The notes under the pieces: model-generated
What the model was told of the DNA's origin: nothing
Seen by the model: the letters and a program-made list of their open reading frames with translations, nothing else
Database searches by the model: none
Position numbers and translations under genes: made by a program
In this document: positions 1 to 9,837 of the stretch, piece after piece
Layout of the letters: every line of letters starts with the position of its first letter
Position numbering within the stretch: the first letter of the stretch is position 1
Assembly: GCA_963750165.1 (NCBI GenBank)
Contig: CAVVPN010000003.1
Location: forward strand, 1,248,001-1,312,000
From: an uncultured Gemmataceae bacterium
GTDB lineage: Bacteria; Planctomycetota; Planctomycetia; Gemmatales; Gemmataceae
DNA length: 64,000 nt
Reading direction: 5' to 3'

Positions 1-54
1 AGTCATTCGTTGGTGAACAAGGGCTCAGCGCTGGAACCTGTGCCCGATGGCTGA

Positions 55-88
55 CGACTAATGACTCATGACTAATGACTAATGACTA
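55..88. repeat. Heptamer tandem repeat (TGACTAA)n
   Basis: gactaat-gactcat-gactaat-gactaat-gactac; same unit as the arrays at 56824-56934; overlaps the ATG at 82. Confidence 0.8.
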
Positions 89-822
89 CTCCACTGATCC
101 ATGTCGAACAGTTGACGAAATCCTTCCGCGACCTGCGCCGCGGTCAGGTGCTGGCGGTCGATCACGTCAGCTTCGACGCCTACCCCGGCGAGGTCTTCGG
201 CCTGCTCGGCCCCAACGGCGCCGGCAAGACGACCACCATGCGCATCCTGTGTACCGTCCTGCGACCGACCGGCGGCACCGTCCGCCTGGCCGGCTACGAC
301 GTGGTGAGCCAGGCGACGCAGGTACGGCAGCACATCGGCTTTCTGTCCGCCAACACCGCCATCTACGACCGCATGTCCGCCTGGGAGTTGGTCGATTACT
401 TCGGCCGCCTTTACGGCATGGAGCCCGAACGCCTGCGGCAGCGCATGGAGGTGGTATTCGCGGACCTGCAAATGAACGACTTCCGCGACGTGCTCGGCGC
501 CAAGATGAGCACGGGCATGCGGCAAAAGGTGTCCATCGCGCGGGCCATCATTCACGACCCGCCCGTGCTCATCTTCGACGAACCGACCATCGGCCTGGAC
601 GTGCTCGTGGCCCGGGCGGTGCTGCAGAACATCGAACGGCTGCGCGGCATTGGCAAGTGCATCGTCTTCTCGACGCACATCATGCGCGAGGTGGAGAAAC
701 TGTGCGACCGGGTGGCCATTATCAGCCGGGGCCGTATTCAGGCGAGCGGCACGCTGACGGAGTTGCGCGAACGGCACGGCCAGAATGACCTGGAAGAACT
801 GTTCTTCAAACTGGTGTCCTGA
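82..822 (+). CDS. ABC transporter ATP-binding protein (NatA-like)
   Basis: Walker [10 protein letters not shown], variant signature MSTGM, Walker B LIFDEP, H-loop STH. Confidence 0.9.
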   Translation: MTTPLIHVEQLTKSFRDLRRGQVLAVDHVSFDAYPGEVFGLLGPNGAGKTTTMRILCTVLRPTGGTVRLAGYDVVSQATQVRQHIGFLSANTAIYDRMSAWELVDYFGRLYGMEPERLRQRMEVVFADLQMNDFRDVLGAKMSTGMRQKVSIARAIIHDPPVLIFDEPTIGLDVLVARAVLQNIERLRGIGKCIVFSTHIMREVEKLCDRVAIISRGRIQASGTLTELRERHGQNDLEELFFKLVS

Positions 823-830
823 AAAAAGCC

Positions 831-861
831 GCGAGCCCGCAACTTACTGCTGCGGGCTCGC
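831..861. terminator. Hairpin between convergent genes, probable terminator
   Basis: gcgagcccgca...tgcgggctcgc inverted repeat preceded by an A-run. Confidence 0.6.
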
Positions 862-894
862 TTCGTCCGGCCATGGGAGAACGCCGAAAACCAC

Positions 895-1764
895 TCAGAA
901 GCCGCCGCCGGTGAAGGGACTGCCAAACCCATTTACCCTACCGCCGCCGTAGCCGCTGCCGACGCCGCCGAAGGGGCTGCTGTAGCCGCTGCCGACGCCG
1001 CTAAGGGGGTTGCTGTAGCCGCTGCCGACGCCGCTGAAGGGGCTGCCGTAGCCGCTGCCGACGCCGCCGTAGGGGCTAAGGAAGGAACTGTTGTAGCCGC
1101 TGCCAAAGCCGCTGAAGGGGCTGCTGTAACCGCTGCCAAAGCTGCCGTAGGGGCTCGCGAAGGGACTGCCATACGCCCCACCGTAGCCGCTGCCAAAGCT
1201 GCCATAGCCCGTGCCGCCGAAGTAGTTCTGCATCGTCCCCTGGAAGCCGCCAATCTGGCCCACGCCACGGCCGTTCAGCGCCGGAAAGCCCGTGGTGCCG
1301 CCGCCGTAGGGGGTGCCGTAACCGCCCTGGTTGAAGCCGCCGTAGGGGTTGCCGTACGGGCTGCCGTACGAACTGCCGTAGGGGTAGCTGCCGTACAGGC
1401 TGCCCAGGTTGGTGGGGTAACCGTAGCTGCCGTAACCGTTGTTGCCCTGAACCAGCGGGCTGAGGTTGGTGCCGATGATGCCCGTGACCGTGTTCAGCTG
1501 GCGGTTGGCCTGGTTCTGATAGTACTGGTTGATGTTGTTGTTCAACCGGTTGGTCGAGCTGAGCGGGTTGCCCGGCACGGCCGCGTATGGGTAATAGTTG
1601 CTCAGCGTCCGGTTCTGCGGCGTGTAATGGGTGGCAACGGGCCGAACGCCGGTGTGCGGCTGGGTGTGATGCTGGGCGCCGACGGTTTGCTGGCCGACCA
1701 GGCTCAGGGTGAGTGCGACCACCCCGATTCCCCCGACCTTGAGTGTGGACCACGACAGCTTCAT
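895..1764 (-). CDS. Secreted Gly/Tyr/Ser/Asn-rich low-complexity repeat protein
   Basis: ATG at 1764 with AGAGGGG upstream; signal-peptide-like N-terminus; N/Q-rich segment then 11-aa repeats SPF(S/G)G(V/F)GSGY(S/G). Confidence 0.75.
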   Translation of the reverse strand: MKLSWSTLKVGGIGVVALTLSLVGQQTVGAQHHTQPHTGVRPVATHYTPQNRTLSNYYPYAAVPGNPLSSTNRLNNNINQYYQNQANRQLNTVTGIIGTNLSPLVQGNNGYGSYGYPTNLGSLYGSYPYGSSYGSPYGNPYGGFNQGGYGTPYGGGTTGFPALNGRGVGQIGGFQGTMQNYFGGTGYGSFGSGYGGAYGSPFASPYGSFGSGYSSPFSGFGSGYNSSFLSPYGGVGSGYGSPFSGVGSGYSNPLSGVGSGYSSPFGGVGSGYGGGRVNGFGSPFTGGGF

Positions 1765-1897
1765 GGGTACCCCTCTGCTGGTTTGAGAACCTTCCCGTTT
1801 ACCTGGTGCCAACTTCCCTACTTGCTGCTCAACCCTTCCATTGTACACCTGGGAGACGCGCTGGGAGGGAAAACTTGCGCTGATTTTCCTGGATTTG

Positions 1898-1966
1898 GGC
1901 GAGCGGCGCGGCGTCAGCTCGCCGGTAACGTACTACCACCGGCGAGCTGACGCCGCGCCGCTCGCC
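1898..1966. repeat. Palindromic REP-like repeat, family A copy 1
   Basis: ggcgagcggcgcggcgtcagctcgccggt...accggcgagctgacgccgcgccgctcgcc; related copies at 9745 and 41199. Confidence 0.9.
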
Positions 1967-2046
1967 TCGTTCCGGAGACGCACCGCCGCGCAACACCGGC
2001 TTGCGGCCCGGGCGGCGGCCGGGCTACAATGCCAGCGAGGAAACGG

Positions 2047-3285
2047 ATGACTCCAACCTCCAGGGCCGGACCTGTGCCACCAACGACCCCGACCGTGATC
2101 CAGTCTCGTTCCCCGCGGCGCGTCGTCGTCCTCGGCTCGACCGGCTCGGTCGGCGCCAACTGCCTCGACGTGATCGCCGCCCTGCCCGGCCGTCTGGAAG
2201 TCGTCGGCCTCAGCGCCCACAGCAGCGCCGACACCCTCGCCCGGCAAGCGCAGCAGTTCCGCCCGCGCTGGGTCGCTCTGACCGACCCCGACGCTGCATT
2301 ACCACGCGGCATCCGTCTGCCGCCGGGCATGCAAGTGCTCCGCGGCGTGGACGGCATCCGCACGATGGTCAGCGACCCCGACGTGGACGTGGTCGTCGTG
2401 GCCATCGTCGGCGCCGCCGGCCTGGCGGGGACGTGGGCCGCCCTGGAGGCGGGCAAGACGGTCGCCTTCGCCAACAAGGAAACGCTCGTCATGGCCGGAG
2501 CGCAGGTCATGGACCTGGCCCGCGCTCGCGGCGGCCGGTTGCTGCCCGTCGATAGCGAACACAGCGCCATCTTCCAGGCGCTGCACTGCGGCCGGGCCGG
2601 CGAGGTCGAGCGCGTCGTCCTGACCGGCAGCGGCGGCCCCTTCCGCGGCCGCAGCCGGGCCGAGCTGGAGGAGGTCAGCGTCGAGGACGCCCTCAAGCAT
2701 CCGACCTGGCGCATGGGGCCGAAGATCACCGTCGATTCCGCGACGCTGATGAACAAGGCGCTGGAGGTCATCGAGGCCCGCTGGCTGTTCGACCTGCGGC
2801 CCGAGCAGATCGAGGTCATCATCCACCCCGAATCGGTCATCCACTCGTTCGTGGAGTTCGTGGACGGCTCGGTGCTGGCCCAGCTGTCGCCGCCGGACAT
2901 GCGGCTGCCGATCCAGTACGCCCTGACGTTCCCGGAGCGCGTCGCCGGCCCCACGCACCGGCTGAACTGGCGCGAACTGGGGCTCTGGCATTTTGAACAG
3001 CCAGATTCCGAGACGTTTCCGGCCCTACAATTGGGGTACGAGGTTGCGCGCCGCGGCGGCACCTGTGGGGCGGTGCTCAATGCCGCCAACGAGGCCGCGG
3101 TGGAAAAATTCCTGCGCGGCGATCTGCGGTTCCTGGACATCACCACGGCCTGCCGGGCCGTGCTGGAGAATCATCATTACAGCCCGCGACCGGGGCTGGC
3201 CGAACTCGAGGCCGCCGACCGCTGGGCACGACAGGAGGTGTGTCGTTGGACAACCACGATCCCCAGTCCCGCCAGCCGGATTTGA
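2047..3285 (+). CDS. dxr: 1-deoxy-D-xylulose-5-phosphate reductoisomerase
   Basis: LGSTGSVG, ANKE, LPVDSEH, HPTWRMGPKITVDSATLMNK, NAANE motifs; upstream of rseP as is typical. Confidence 0.97.
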   Translation: MTPTSRAGPVPPTTPTVIQSRSPRRVVVLGSTGSVGANCLDVIAALPGRLEVVGLSAHSSADTLARQAQQFRPRWVALTDPDAALPRGIRLPPGMQVLRGVDGIRTMVSDPDVDVVVVAIVGAAGLAGTWAALEAGKTVAFANKETLVMAGAQVMDLARARGGRLLPVDSEHSAIFQALHCGRAGEVERVVLTGSGGPFRGRSRAELEEVSVEDALKHPTWRMGPKITVDSATLMNKALEVIEARWLFDLRPEQIEVIIHPESVIHSFVEFVDGSVLAQLSPPDMRLPIQYALTFPERVAGPTHRLNWRELGLWHFEQPDSETFPALQLGYEVARRGGTCGAVLNAANEAAVEKFLRGDLRFLDITTACRAVLENHHYSPRPGLAELEAADRWARQEVCRWTTTIPSPASRI

Positions 3286-5655
3286 AGCCCGACGCCATCG
3301 CGCCGGGCGCGTCCCCCGTCCGCTCCGCCCCGGGCGGACGAGGACGATCACACGCCCGCGGTGGACATGACGTTTTCGCAGTGGCTCAAGGCCAACCGCG
3401 TTATGCTCGTCATCCTCGCCGCCGTGGCGACGTTCCTGTTCATCAAGTTTGACGCCGAGGGCCTGTGGTCCATCGCCAAGGCGGCCCTGGGCCTGAGCTT
3501 TGTCGTCTTCGTCCACGAGCTGGGCCACTTCCTGGTCGCCAAGTGGTGCGACGTGCATGTGACGACGTTCAGCATCGGCTTCGGGCCGGCACTGCCGGGC
3601 TGCAAGTTCAAGTGGGGCGAAACCACGTACATGCTGGCGCTGTTCCCGCTGGGCGGCTACGTGCAGATGGTCGGCCAGGTCGATGGCGACGAGTCCAGCG
3701 ACGGCACCGAGGAGGATCCGCGCTCGTACAAGAACAAGACGGTCTGGCAGCGCATGGCGATCATCTCCGCCGGCGTCATCATGAACGTCCTCCTGGCGTT
3801 CATCTGCTTCATCATCGTGTTCGAGGGGCCCGGCAAGGACCGCAAGGCGGCGGTGATCGCGGCGACCGACACCGGCTCGCCGGCCTACCGCAAGGGCCTG
3901 CCCACCGGGGCGGTCATCGAGCAGATCGGCGACGTGAAGGAGCCGTATTTTGAGGATCTGCTGGTCACAGTGATGACCACGACCTATGGCGAGAAGCTCA
4001 AACTGGTCTACCAGCAACCGGACCAGGAGCCGGTCAGCACCGAGATTGAGCCGCGGCTGGGACCGGACGACAAACGGCCGGTGATCGGCATCCAGCCGGC
4101 GCCGTCGCTGGAGTTGATGCCGCAGCGCTACGTCGGTAAGTCGATGGAGCAGCCGGCGTACCCGAACAGTCCCGCGGCCCGTGCGGAACCGCCGTTCGAG
4201 TTCGGCGATCACATCGTCGCCACCACCGACCCGGACCAGGCCGGGCCGTATGACCCGAAGAAGATCAAGGAACTGCCGCTGGACCCGCGCAAGCATGACG
4301 GCCAGCAGCGCGACTATTTCGCGTTCACGAAGCGGCTGCGCGAGCTGGCCGGCAAGCCGATGGTCATGCGCGTGGAGCGCGGCAAGAACCGCGAGAAGGT
4401 GGACATCCTGGTGTCGCCGGCGTTCCATCAGACGCTCGGGGCGCGGATGAAGATGGGCCAGGTGACGGCGGCCCGCAACGGCAGCGCCGCGGCGGAGCTG
4501 TTGCAGCAGCGTGACACAAGCAACACCGTCACCCGCGAAGGGGACGTGCTCAAGGCGGTGGAGGTGCGTGAGCCGGACGGCAGCCCGACGCGCTACGTCG
4601 AGACGGTCGGCACGCCGGAACTGGCGGCGCAGCTGGCGAGCGCTGTGTTCCTGCCGCCCTGGGCGCAGCCGCTGGCCCTGGCGCGGACCCTGGAGGTCGA
4701 GAAGCCGCTCGACCCGACGCGGCTGCCCGATCAGTTGCGGGCCTGGGCGAAGCGCATGCGCGACCACGGCAAGAAGGATCTGACCGTGACGCTGCAGGTG
4801 AAGCGGCACCGCGCCGCGGCCGGCAACACCTACGAAATGAAGACGGTGACGCTGCCCTGGGACTTCCGCTGGGAGTTCGACAACGAGGTGCCCTTCGGCA
4901 TGAACTCGCCGCTGTCGATCCCGGAACTGGGCTTCGCCTACCGCATCCAGGCGACGGTGCTGGACGTGGGCCCGAGGCCAGCCGACGGCCTGAAGGCCGG
5001 CGACGTGGTCAAGCGCATCCGCTACCACGGCAAGAACGCCGAGGGCAAGGTCGAGGATTTGCCGTGGCTCGAACTCAAAGGCGATCAGTGGGCGCGGGTG
5101 TTCTGGACAATGCAGAGTCCGGAGATCGTCAAGGTGACGCTGGAGGTGGAGCGCAACGGCCAGACGAAAGAGCTGACGATTGAGCCGCTGGTGGATAAAC
5201 ACTGGCCGCGGGATGAGCGCGGCCTGCTGCTGGCGGCCGACGTGCGGTTGCAAAAGGCGAGTAATCTGATGGAGGCCATCGGCATGGGCCTCAAGGACAC
5301 GCTCAACAACATGGGGCAGGTGTATCAGAACCTGCGCGGCATGTTGACGGGGCGCATCAGCACGGACAACCTGGGCGGCCCGGTGATGATCGCAACGGTG
5401 GCGTACCGGATCGCGGGCATCGACTTCTGGGAGTTCCTGTTCTTCCTGGGCCTGATTAGCGTCAACCTGGCGGTGATTAACTTCCTGCCGATCCCGGTGC
5501 TGGATGGCGGCCACATGGTCTTCCTGATTTACGAGAAGATTCGCGGCAAGCCGGCTTCGGAGGCGGTGCGTGTCGGTGCCACCTACGCGGGGCTGCTGAT
5601 GCTGGCGTCGCTGATGCTGTTCGTGCTGTTCCTGGACATCAAGCGGCTGTTGTAG
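3240..5655 (+). CDS. rseP: RIP metalloprotease RseP (M50 site-2 protease with PDZ-like domains); probable indel near 3332
   Basis: HELGH, NFLPIPVLDGGH, FSIGFG motifs in ORF 3361-5655; AGGAGG before GTG 3240 suggests the real start is upstream in another frame. Confidence 0.9.
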
Positions 5656-5662
5656 CTTCCTG

Positions 5663-5690
5663 CCCCCTCGTCCGGAAGCGGACGAGGGGG
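5663..5690. terminator. Hairpin after rseP
   Basis: cccctcgtccg-gaag-cggacgagggg between convergent genes. Confidence 0.6.
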
Positions 5691-5727
5691 CTTCTTCATT
5701 CGTAGTGCCGCGGCCCACGCGCCCGGT

Positions 5728-7236
5728 TCACTGCAGCAACTCCTTGCGGATGCCCGTCTCCAGCCGCTGGATGCCCGTTTCCACCGCAGGCTCCGGCAGC
5801 CGCAGTCCGGCCTCCGGCTTCCACGCCAGGAACAGCGCCGCGCAGCCGGCCAGCGGCGCCAGGCCGACCAGGGCCAGCGCCAGCGAATAACTCTGCGTCT
5901 GCTGGACGACGTTGCCCACCAGGGCGTGCAGCAGCGCCATCGACAGCCAGCAAATGCAGCCCAGCGAGCCGGTCACCTTGCCCTGATGGCGAACCGTCAG
6001 TTCCTGGCTGAAGGCATAATAGACGGGGAAGACGCCGAGCGACCCCATGCCGATCACCAGCAGCAGCCCGATCAGCAGCGGCCCGGCCGGCAGCACGGCC
6101 AGCAGCCCGGTCAGCATGCCCAGCAGCGCACAGCCCAGAAACACCACCGACCGGCTGCCGTGGACCGAGAAGCCGAGCCGCACCAGGCCCAGCGCCACAA
6201 AGCCGGAGGTCAGCGAACCGGCGTCGGTGGCGAAGTTGTAGGCCATGATGATCCAGCCCATTTCCTCTTCCGTGTAGCCGACCTGCTTGACCAGGAACAG
6301 CGGCAGCCAGGCACGCAGGAAGTGCCAGAGTGTGTTGATGCTCACCACCAGCGTCACCAGCACCCAGAAGCGGCGCAGGAACAGCGGTCGCGGCAGCTTG
6401 TCGTCGTCGGCGGTGGCGCGGCGCAGCCAGCGGTAGACCACGACGATGCCCGCGGCGGTGACCAGCGCCTGCACCGCCAGGCCCGCCCAGGCCATTCCCA
6501 GGCGGACCTTCATATCGTGGGCGGCGAAGAACAGCACCCCCAGCGGCAGCAGCCAGCCGAGCACGCTCACCAGCGACGGCCCCGGAGCGGGCGGTGGCAG
6601 TTGCAAATCCGACGTGCGTACGCTGGGCAGCCAGCACGCCACCCAGACCAGGCCGAGACAGCCGACCACCAGGAACGGGATGCCCCACTGCTCCTTGCTG
6701 GGCGCCAGCCAGAAGACGAGCAGCGGCGTCAGAATGGCGCCGATGGCGGCGCCGCTCTGCAGGATGCTGTTGCCCAACGCGCGCTGGTGCGGCGGCAGGA
6801 TGCGCTGCGTGGTGCGCAGGGCGCTGGGCCAGTTGCCCGCCTCAAACAGACCCAGCGCGGCCCGGCACAACAGCAGCACCGCCAGGCCCTGTGCCAGGCC
6901 CGTCGCAAAGCCGGACGCCGACCACAACAGCACCGCCACGGCGTACAGCCAGCGCACGTTGATGCGATCCGCCAGCCAGCCGAACAGAATCGCCCCCAGC
7001 GCGAAGGCGTAGCCGAACGCCGACTCGATCAGACCGTATTCGAGTTCGCTGAAGCCGAGCACTTCCATGATGCGCTTGGCTTGCAGGTTGAGCGCCAGGC
7101 GGTCGATGTAGTTGAGCGAGGTCGCCAGCAGCAGCAGCACGCAAACATACCACTTCCAGAACTCGCCGCGTGCGGCCGGGGTCGGGGCGGACTGGGCGGC
7201 GAGCACCTTGGCGATTTCGGGGGTGGCAACGTGCAT
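5728..7236 (-). CDS. MFS transporter (ExuT/ACS-like) with an extra hydrophobic hairpin
   Basis: LNYIDR, GWLADRINVR (motif A), GLFEAGNWP; multiple TM segments. Confidence 0.9.
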   Translation of the reverse strand: MHVATPEIAKVLAAQSAPTPAARGEFWKWYVCVLLLLATSLNYIDRLALNLQAKRIMEVLGFSELEYGLIESAFGYAFALGAILFGWLADRINVRWLYAVAVLLWSASGFATGLAQGLAVLLLCRAALGLFEAGNWPSALRTTQRILPPHQRALGNSILQSGAAIGAILTPLLVFWLAPSKEQWGIPFLVVGCLGLVWVACWLPSVRTSDLQLPPPAPGPSLVSVLGWLLPLGVLFFAAHDMKVRLGMAWAGLAVQALVTAAGIVVVYRWLRRATADDDKLPRPLFLRRFWVLVTLVVSINTLWHFLRAWLPLFLVKQVGYTEEEMGWIIMAYNFATDAGSLTSGFVALGLVRLGFSVHGSRSVVFLGCALLGMLTGLLAVLPAGPLLIGLLLVIGMGSLGVFPVYYAFSQELTVRHQGKVTGSLGCICWLSMALLHALVGNVVQQTQSYSLALALVGLAPLAGCAALFLAWKPEAGLRLPEPAVETGIQRLETGIRKELLQ

Positions 7237-7409
7237 GGAGTCGGCTCGTGGTGGTCCGGGCGGTGGGTAGCGCTGCGGGTATGGGTCGAGTGTACCCGAC
7301 GCCGCGGCCGACAGCCAGCGGCTGCCGCAAAATTCCGCGCTGGCGATCCGGCGCCACCGCGACTACACTAACACCATTCCGATGACAAAAACTCTGAGGA
7401 GTCCCCGCC

Positions 7410-8402
7410 ATGATCCACCGACCCCGCCAGGCGGCGCTGCTGCTGACCGCGGCCCTCACCGCGCTGGCCGCGCCGCTCACCTTCGCGCAACAAGCCGGAG
7501 AGCCCATCCGCGACCGCACCAACTTCATCCCCTTTCGCAAGCACCAGCCGCTGCCGGGCAAGGTCGTCGGCGTCCTGCTCTACGACGGCCAGCCCGTCCT
7601 CCACGCCGAGGGCCGCTCCGGCCCGAACGACCAGCTCGTCCTGGGCCGCAACGGCGCCAGCTATCGCTGGGTCTACGTGCCGACGCCGAACGTCAAGCCG
7701 GTCATCAATAACTTGCAGGTGCCTGTCGGCGACAGGGGCGAGAAGAAAGTCTACCAGGCACTGGACATGGCCCGGCCCAAAAGCGTTCAGCACCTCGGCG
7801 TCACCGAGAAGTACACGCTGGTTGAGGTGAGCGTCAACGACGGCCTCGGCAGCCCACCGAACGACAGCTTCGTTGCCACCAATATCAAGGTGCTGGAGGG
7901 CACGCCGAATTTTCCCATCAAGACCGCCCAGGTCATCGAGGACCTGAAGCGGCGGCACGCCGACCACCTGCAGCGGCAGAATGCCGTCATCGAGCGGCAG
8001 CTGGCCGACGCGCTGAAGGCGGCGCTGAAGGACAAAAAGGTGACGGGGCCGCGGCAGAAGTCGGAGTTGATGTTCGTGACCTGGATGGAGGACAAGCAGC
8101 GGTTGCGCGTCCACTTCCGCACGACGATCAGCGACGGTGCCTATGAGATGGTCAAGGGCGGGCCTATGAAAATTCTGCCGCCGCAGAAGGGACCGCCGCA
8201 GAAGCGGCCGCGCGAGTTCCAGACGAAGGTCGGCACGACGGTCACGCTGGAGTTCGGTACGGCGTACGAGGTGGGCCGCGATGGCCGGCTGGTGGCGACG
8301 CACGAGCTGCCGTTCCAGGCAACCACTCAGCAGGTGAATCAGCGGATGATCGTCGGGCCGCGCAACCCGCCGGCGCTGCCGCTGCCGCCCGTGAAGCGGT
8401 GA
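7410..8402 (+). CDS. Secreted hypothetical protein
   Basis: GAGGAG RBS, signal peptide ending TFA-QQ, host-like codon usage; no family recognised. Confidence 0.8.
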   Translation: MIHRPRQAALLLTAALTALAAPLTFAQQAGEPIRDRTNFIPFRKHQPLPGKVVGVLLYDGQPVLHAEGRSGPNDQLVLGRNGASYRWVYVPTPNVKPVINNLQVPVGDRGEKKVYQALDMARPKSVQHLGVTEKYTLVEVSVNDGLGSPPNDSFVATNIKVLEGTPNFPIKTAQVIEDLKRRHADHLQRQNAVIERQLADALKAALKDKKVTGPRQKSELMFVTWMEDKQRLRVHFRTTISDGAYEMVKGGPMKILPPQKGPPQKRPREFQTKVGTTVTLEFGTAYEVGRDGRLVATHELPFQATTQQVNQRMIVGPRNPPALPLPPVKR

Positions 8403-8409
8403 TCGACTT

Positions 8410-8457
8410 CCGAGCCCGAGCGCCAGCGCGGGGCCCCTCGCTGGCGCTCGGGCTCGG
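8410..8457. repeat. Palindromic repeat or terminator
   Basis: ccgagcccgagcgccagcg...cgctggcgctcgggctcgg. Confidence 0.75.
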
Positions 8458-8543
8458 ACGCTCACTTCGGCGGCAAGCTCGCAAGAGTTTGCCGGGAATT
8501 CGGCGCCGCGCGCGAGCGCTTGCGGCAATCGCGGGGTTTTCAT

Positions 8544-8572
8544 TGGACAGAGGCGATTCGCCCGGCTATGTT
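8544..8572 (+). promoter_or_regulatory. Putative sigma70 promoter
   Basis: TGGACA-17 nt-TATGTT, 45 nt upstream of ATG 8618. Confidence 0.4.
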
Positions 8573-8617
8573 CACACCATCGCTGTTCACCAGTCTGGAA
8601 ACCCCAGGAGGTAGACG

Positions 8618-9715
8618 ATGAAGCGCATCCCGTTGCTGGGCGTTATGGCGCTGCTGGCCTTTGCGGCGCCGGCACTCGGCCAGACGTCCGTAATCAAGAG
8701 GGCGGCCCAGGGCAACCCCGGCATCAAGTCCATCCAGGCCATCGCCTTCGCGCCGGGCGGCGTCCTGCTGATCGGCGACGCCCAGGGCAGCCAGATCGTC
8801 GCCATCGAGACCGGCGACACCACCCCGAAGCGCTGGACCATCCCCGCCATCGCCAAGCTCGACGAGAAGCTGGCCGGCCGCCTCGGCACCACCGCCAAGG
8901 GCATCGAGATCACCAAGATGGCGGTCAACCCCGTGTCGCTGACGCCGTACTTCGCCGTCAAGAACCTGGGCGACAAGAAGAGCCTGATTCTGACGGTCGA
9001 TGCCGCCGGCAAGGTCAGCGAGTTCAGCCTGGATAATGTCAAGTATGCGCGCGTCAAGCTGGACACCGGCGCCGACAAGGTGAGCCTGATTACCGACCTC
9101 GCCTGGGCCGACGACCGCGTCCTGGCGGCGATTCAGGCCGGCAAGACCTTCGCCAGCCGCATCATCTCCGTGCCGGCGCCGCTGGTGAATGACGCCAAGG
9201 CCGCGGCCTTCAGCACCGAGACGTTCCACGTCGCCCACAACAAGTGGGAGACGATGGCCCCCATCCGCACCGTCATCCCGTACAAGGAAGGCAAGAACAG
9301 CTACCTGGTCGGCGCCTTCACCTGCACGCCGCTGGTCAAGTATTCGTTGAACGACCTGCAGCCGGGCGCCAGGGTCAAGGGCGAGTCGGTCATCGAGGTC
9401 GGCAACGGCAACGAGCCGCGCGACATGTTCGTCTACGAGAAGGGTGGCAAGAAGTACATCCTGATGACGACCGTCCGCAAGTTCGGCCAGCCGTTCGGCA
9501 CCAGCCCGTACTGGGTGGTCAAACTCGACTTCAACGTGCTGGCCGAGCGCGAGAAGATCAACCAGAAGGCCCAGCGCCGCAACGTCAAGGCGGGCGAGTT
9601 CATGGTCGGCGCGTATGACGGCGTGATGCTCATGGACAAGCTCGACAGCGAGCGGGCGATGGTGGTCCGCAACACCAAGGGCGCCATCTCCCTGGAAGCG
9701 GTGGCGCTGCCGTAA
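8618..9715 (+). CDS. Secreted hypothetical protein, beta-rich (possibly propeller)
   Basis: AGGAGG RBS, signal peptide, beta-strand pattern, motifs TETFHVAHNKWETMAP and FTCTPLV. Confidence 0.85.
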   Translation: MKRIPLLGVMALLAFAAPALGQTSVIKRAAQGNPGIKSIQAIAFAPGGVLLIGDAQGSQIVAIETGDTTPKRWTIPAIAKLDEKLAGRLGTTAKGIEITKMAVNPVSLTPYFAVKNLGDKKSLILTVDAAGKVSEFSLDNVKYARVKLDTGADKVSLITDLAWADDRVLAAIQAGKTFASRIISVPAPLVNDAKAAAFSTETFHVAHNKWETMAPIRTVIPYKEGKNSYLVGAFTCTPLVKYSLNDLQPGARVKGESVIEVGNGNEPRDMFVYEKGGKKYILMTTVRKFGQPFGTSPYWVVKLDFNVLAEREKINQKAQRRNVKAGEFMVGAYDGVMLMDKLDSERAMVVRNTKGAISLEAVALP

Positions 9716-9744
9716 TGCGGTCATCGATGCTTTGAAAACACTGC

Positions 9745-9812
9745 GGCGAGCGGCGCGGCGTCAGCCCGCCGGTGCTCCGAAGTACCGGCGGGCTGACGCC
9801 GCGCCGCTCGCC
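9745..9812. repeat. Palindromic REP-like repeat, family A copy 2
   Basis: Near-identical to 1898-1966 and 41199-41266. Confidence 0.9.
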
Positions 9813-9837
9813 TTCGCCGACTTCTGAGGGCTTTCGC

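Noticed and set aside
945..1160. 33-bp periodic repeats as a possible CRISPR array
   Set aside because: Contiguous in-frame coding repeats with no unique spacers and no cas genes
2985..3045. Mild low-GC patch in the 3' part of dxr
   Set aside because: Weak signal; could be an internal promoter for rseP, but no convincing -35/-10 pair was found
3240..5655. rseP as a dedicated part of the ECF-A2M system
   Set aside because: It lies over 40 kb away in the standard dxr-rseP context; there is no linkage evidence
3025..5718. 897-aa minus-strand ORF and many other long antisense ORFs (e.g. 48318-51422, 58432-60759, 11009-12862)
   Set aside because: Shadow ORFs opposite well-supported genes; expected in high-GC DNA; no recognisable motifs
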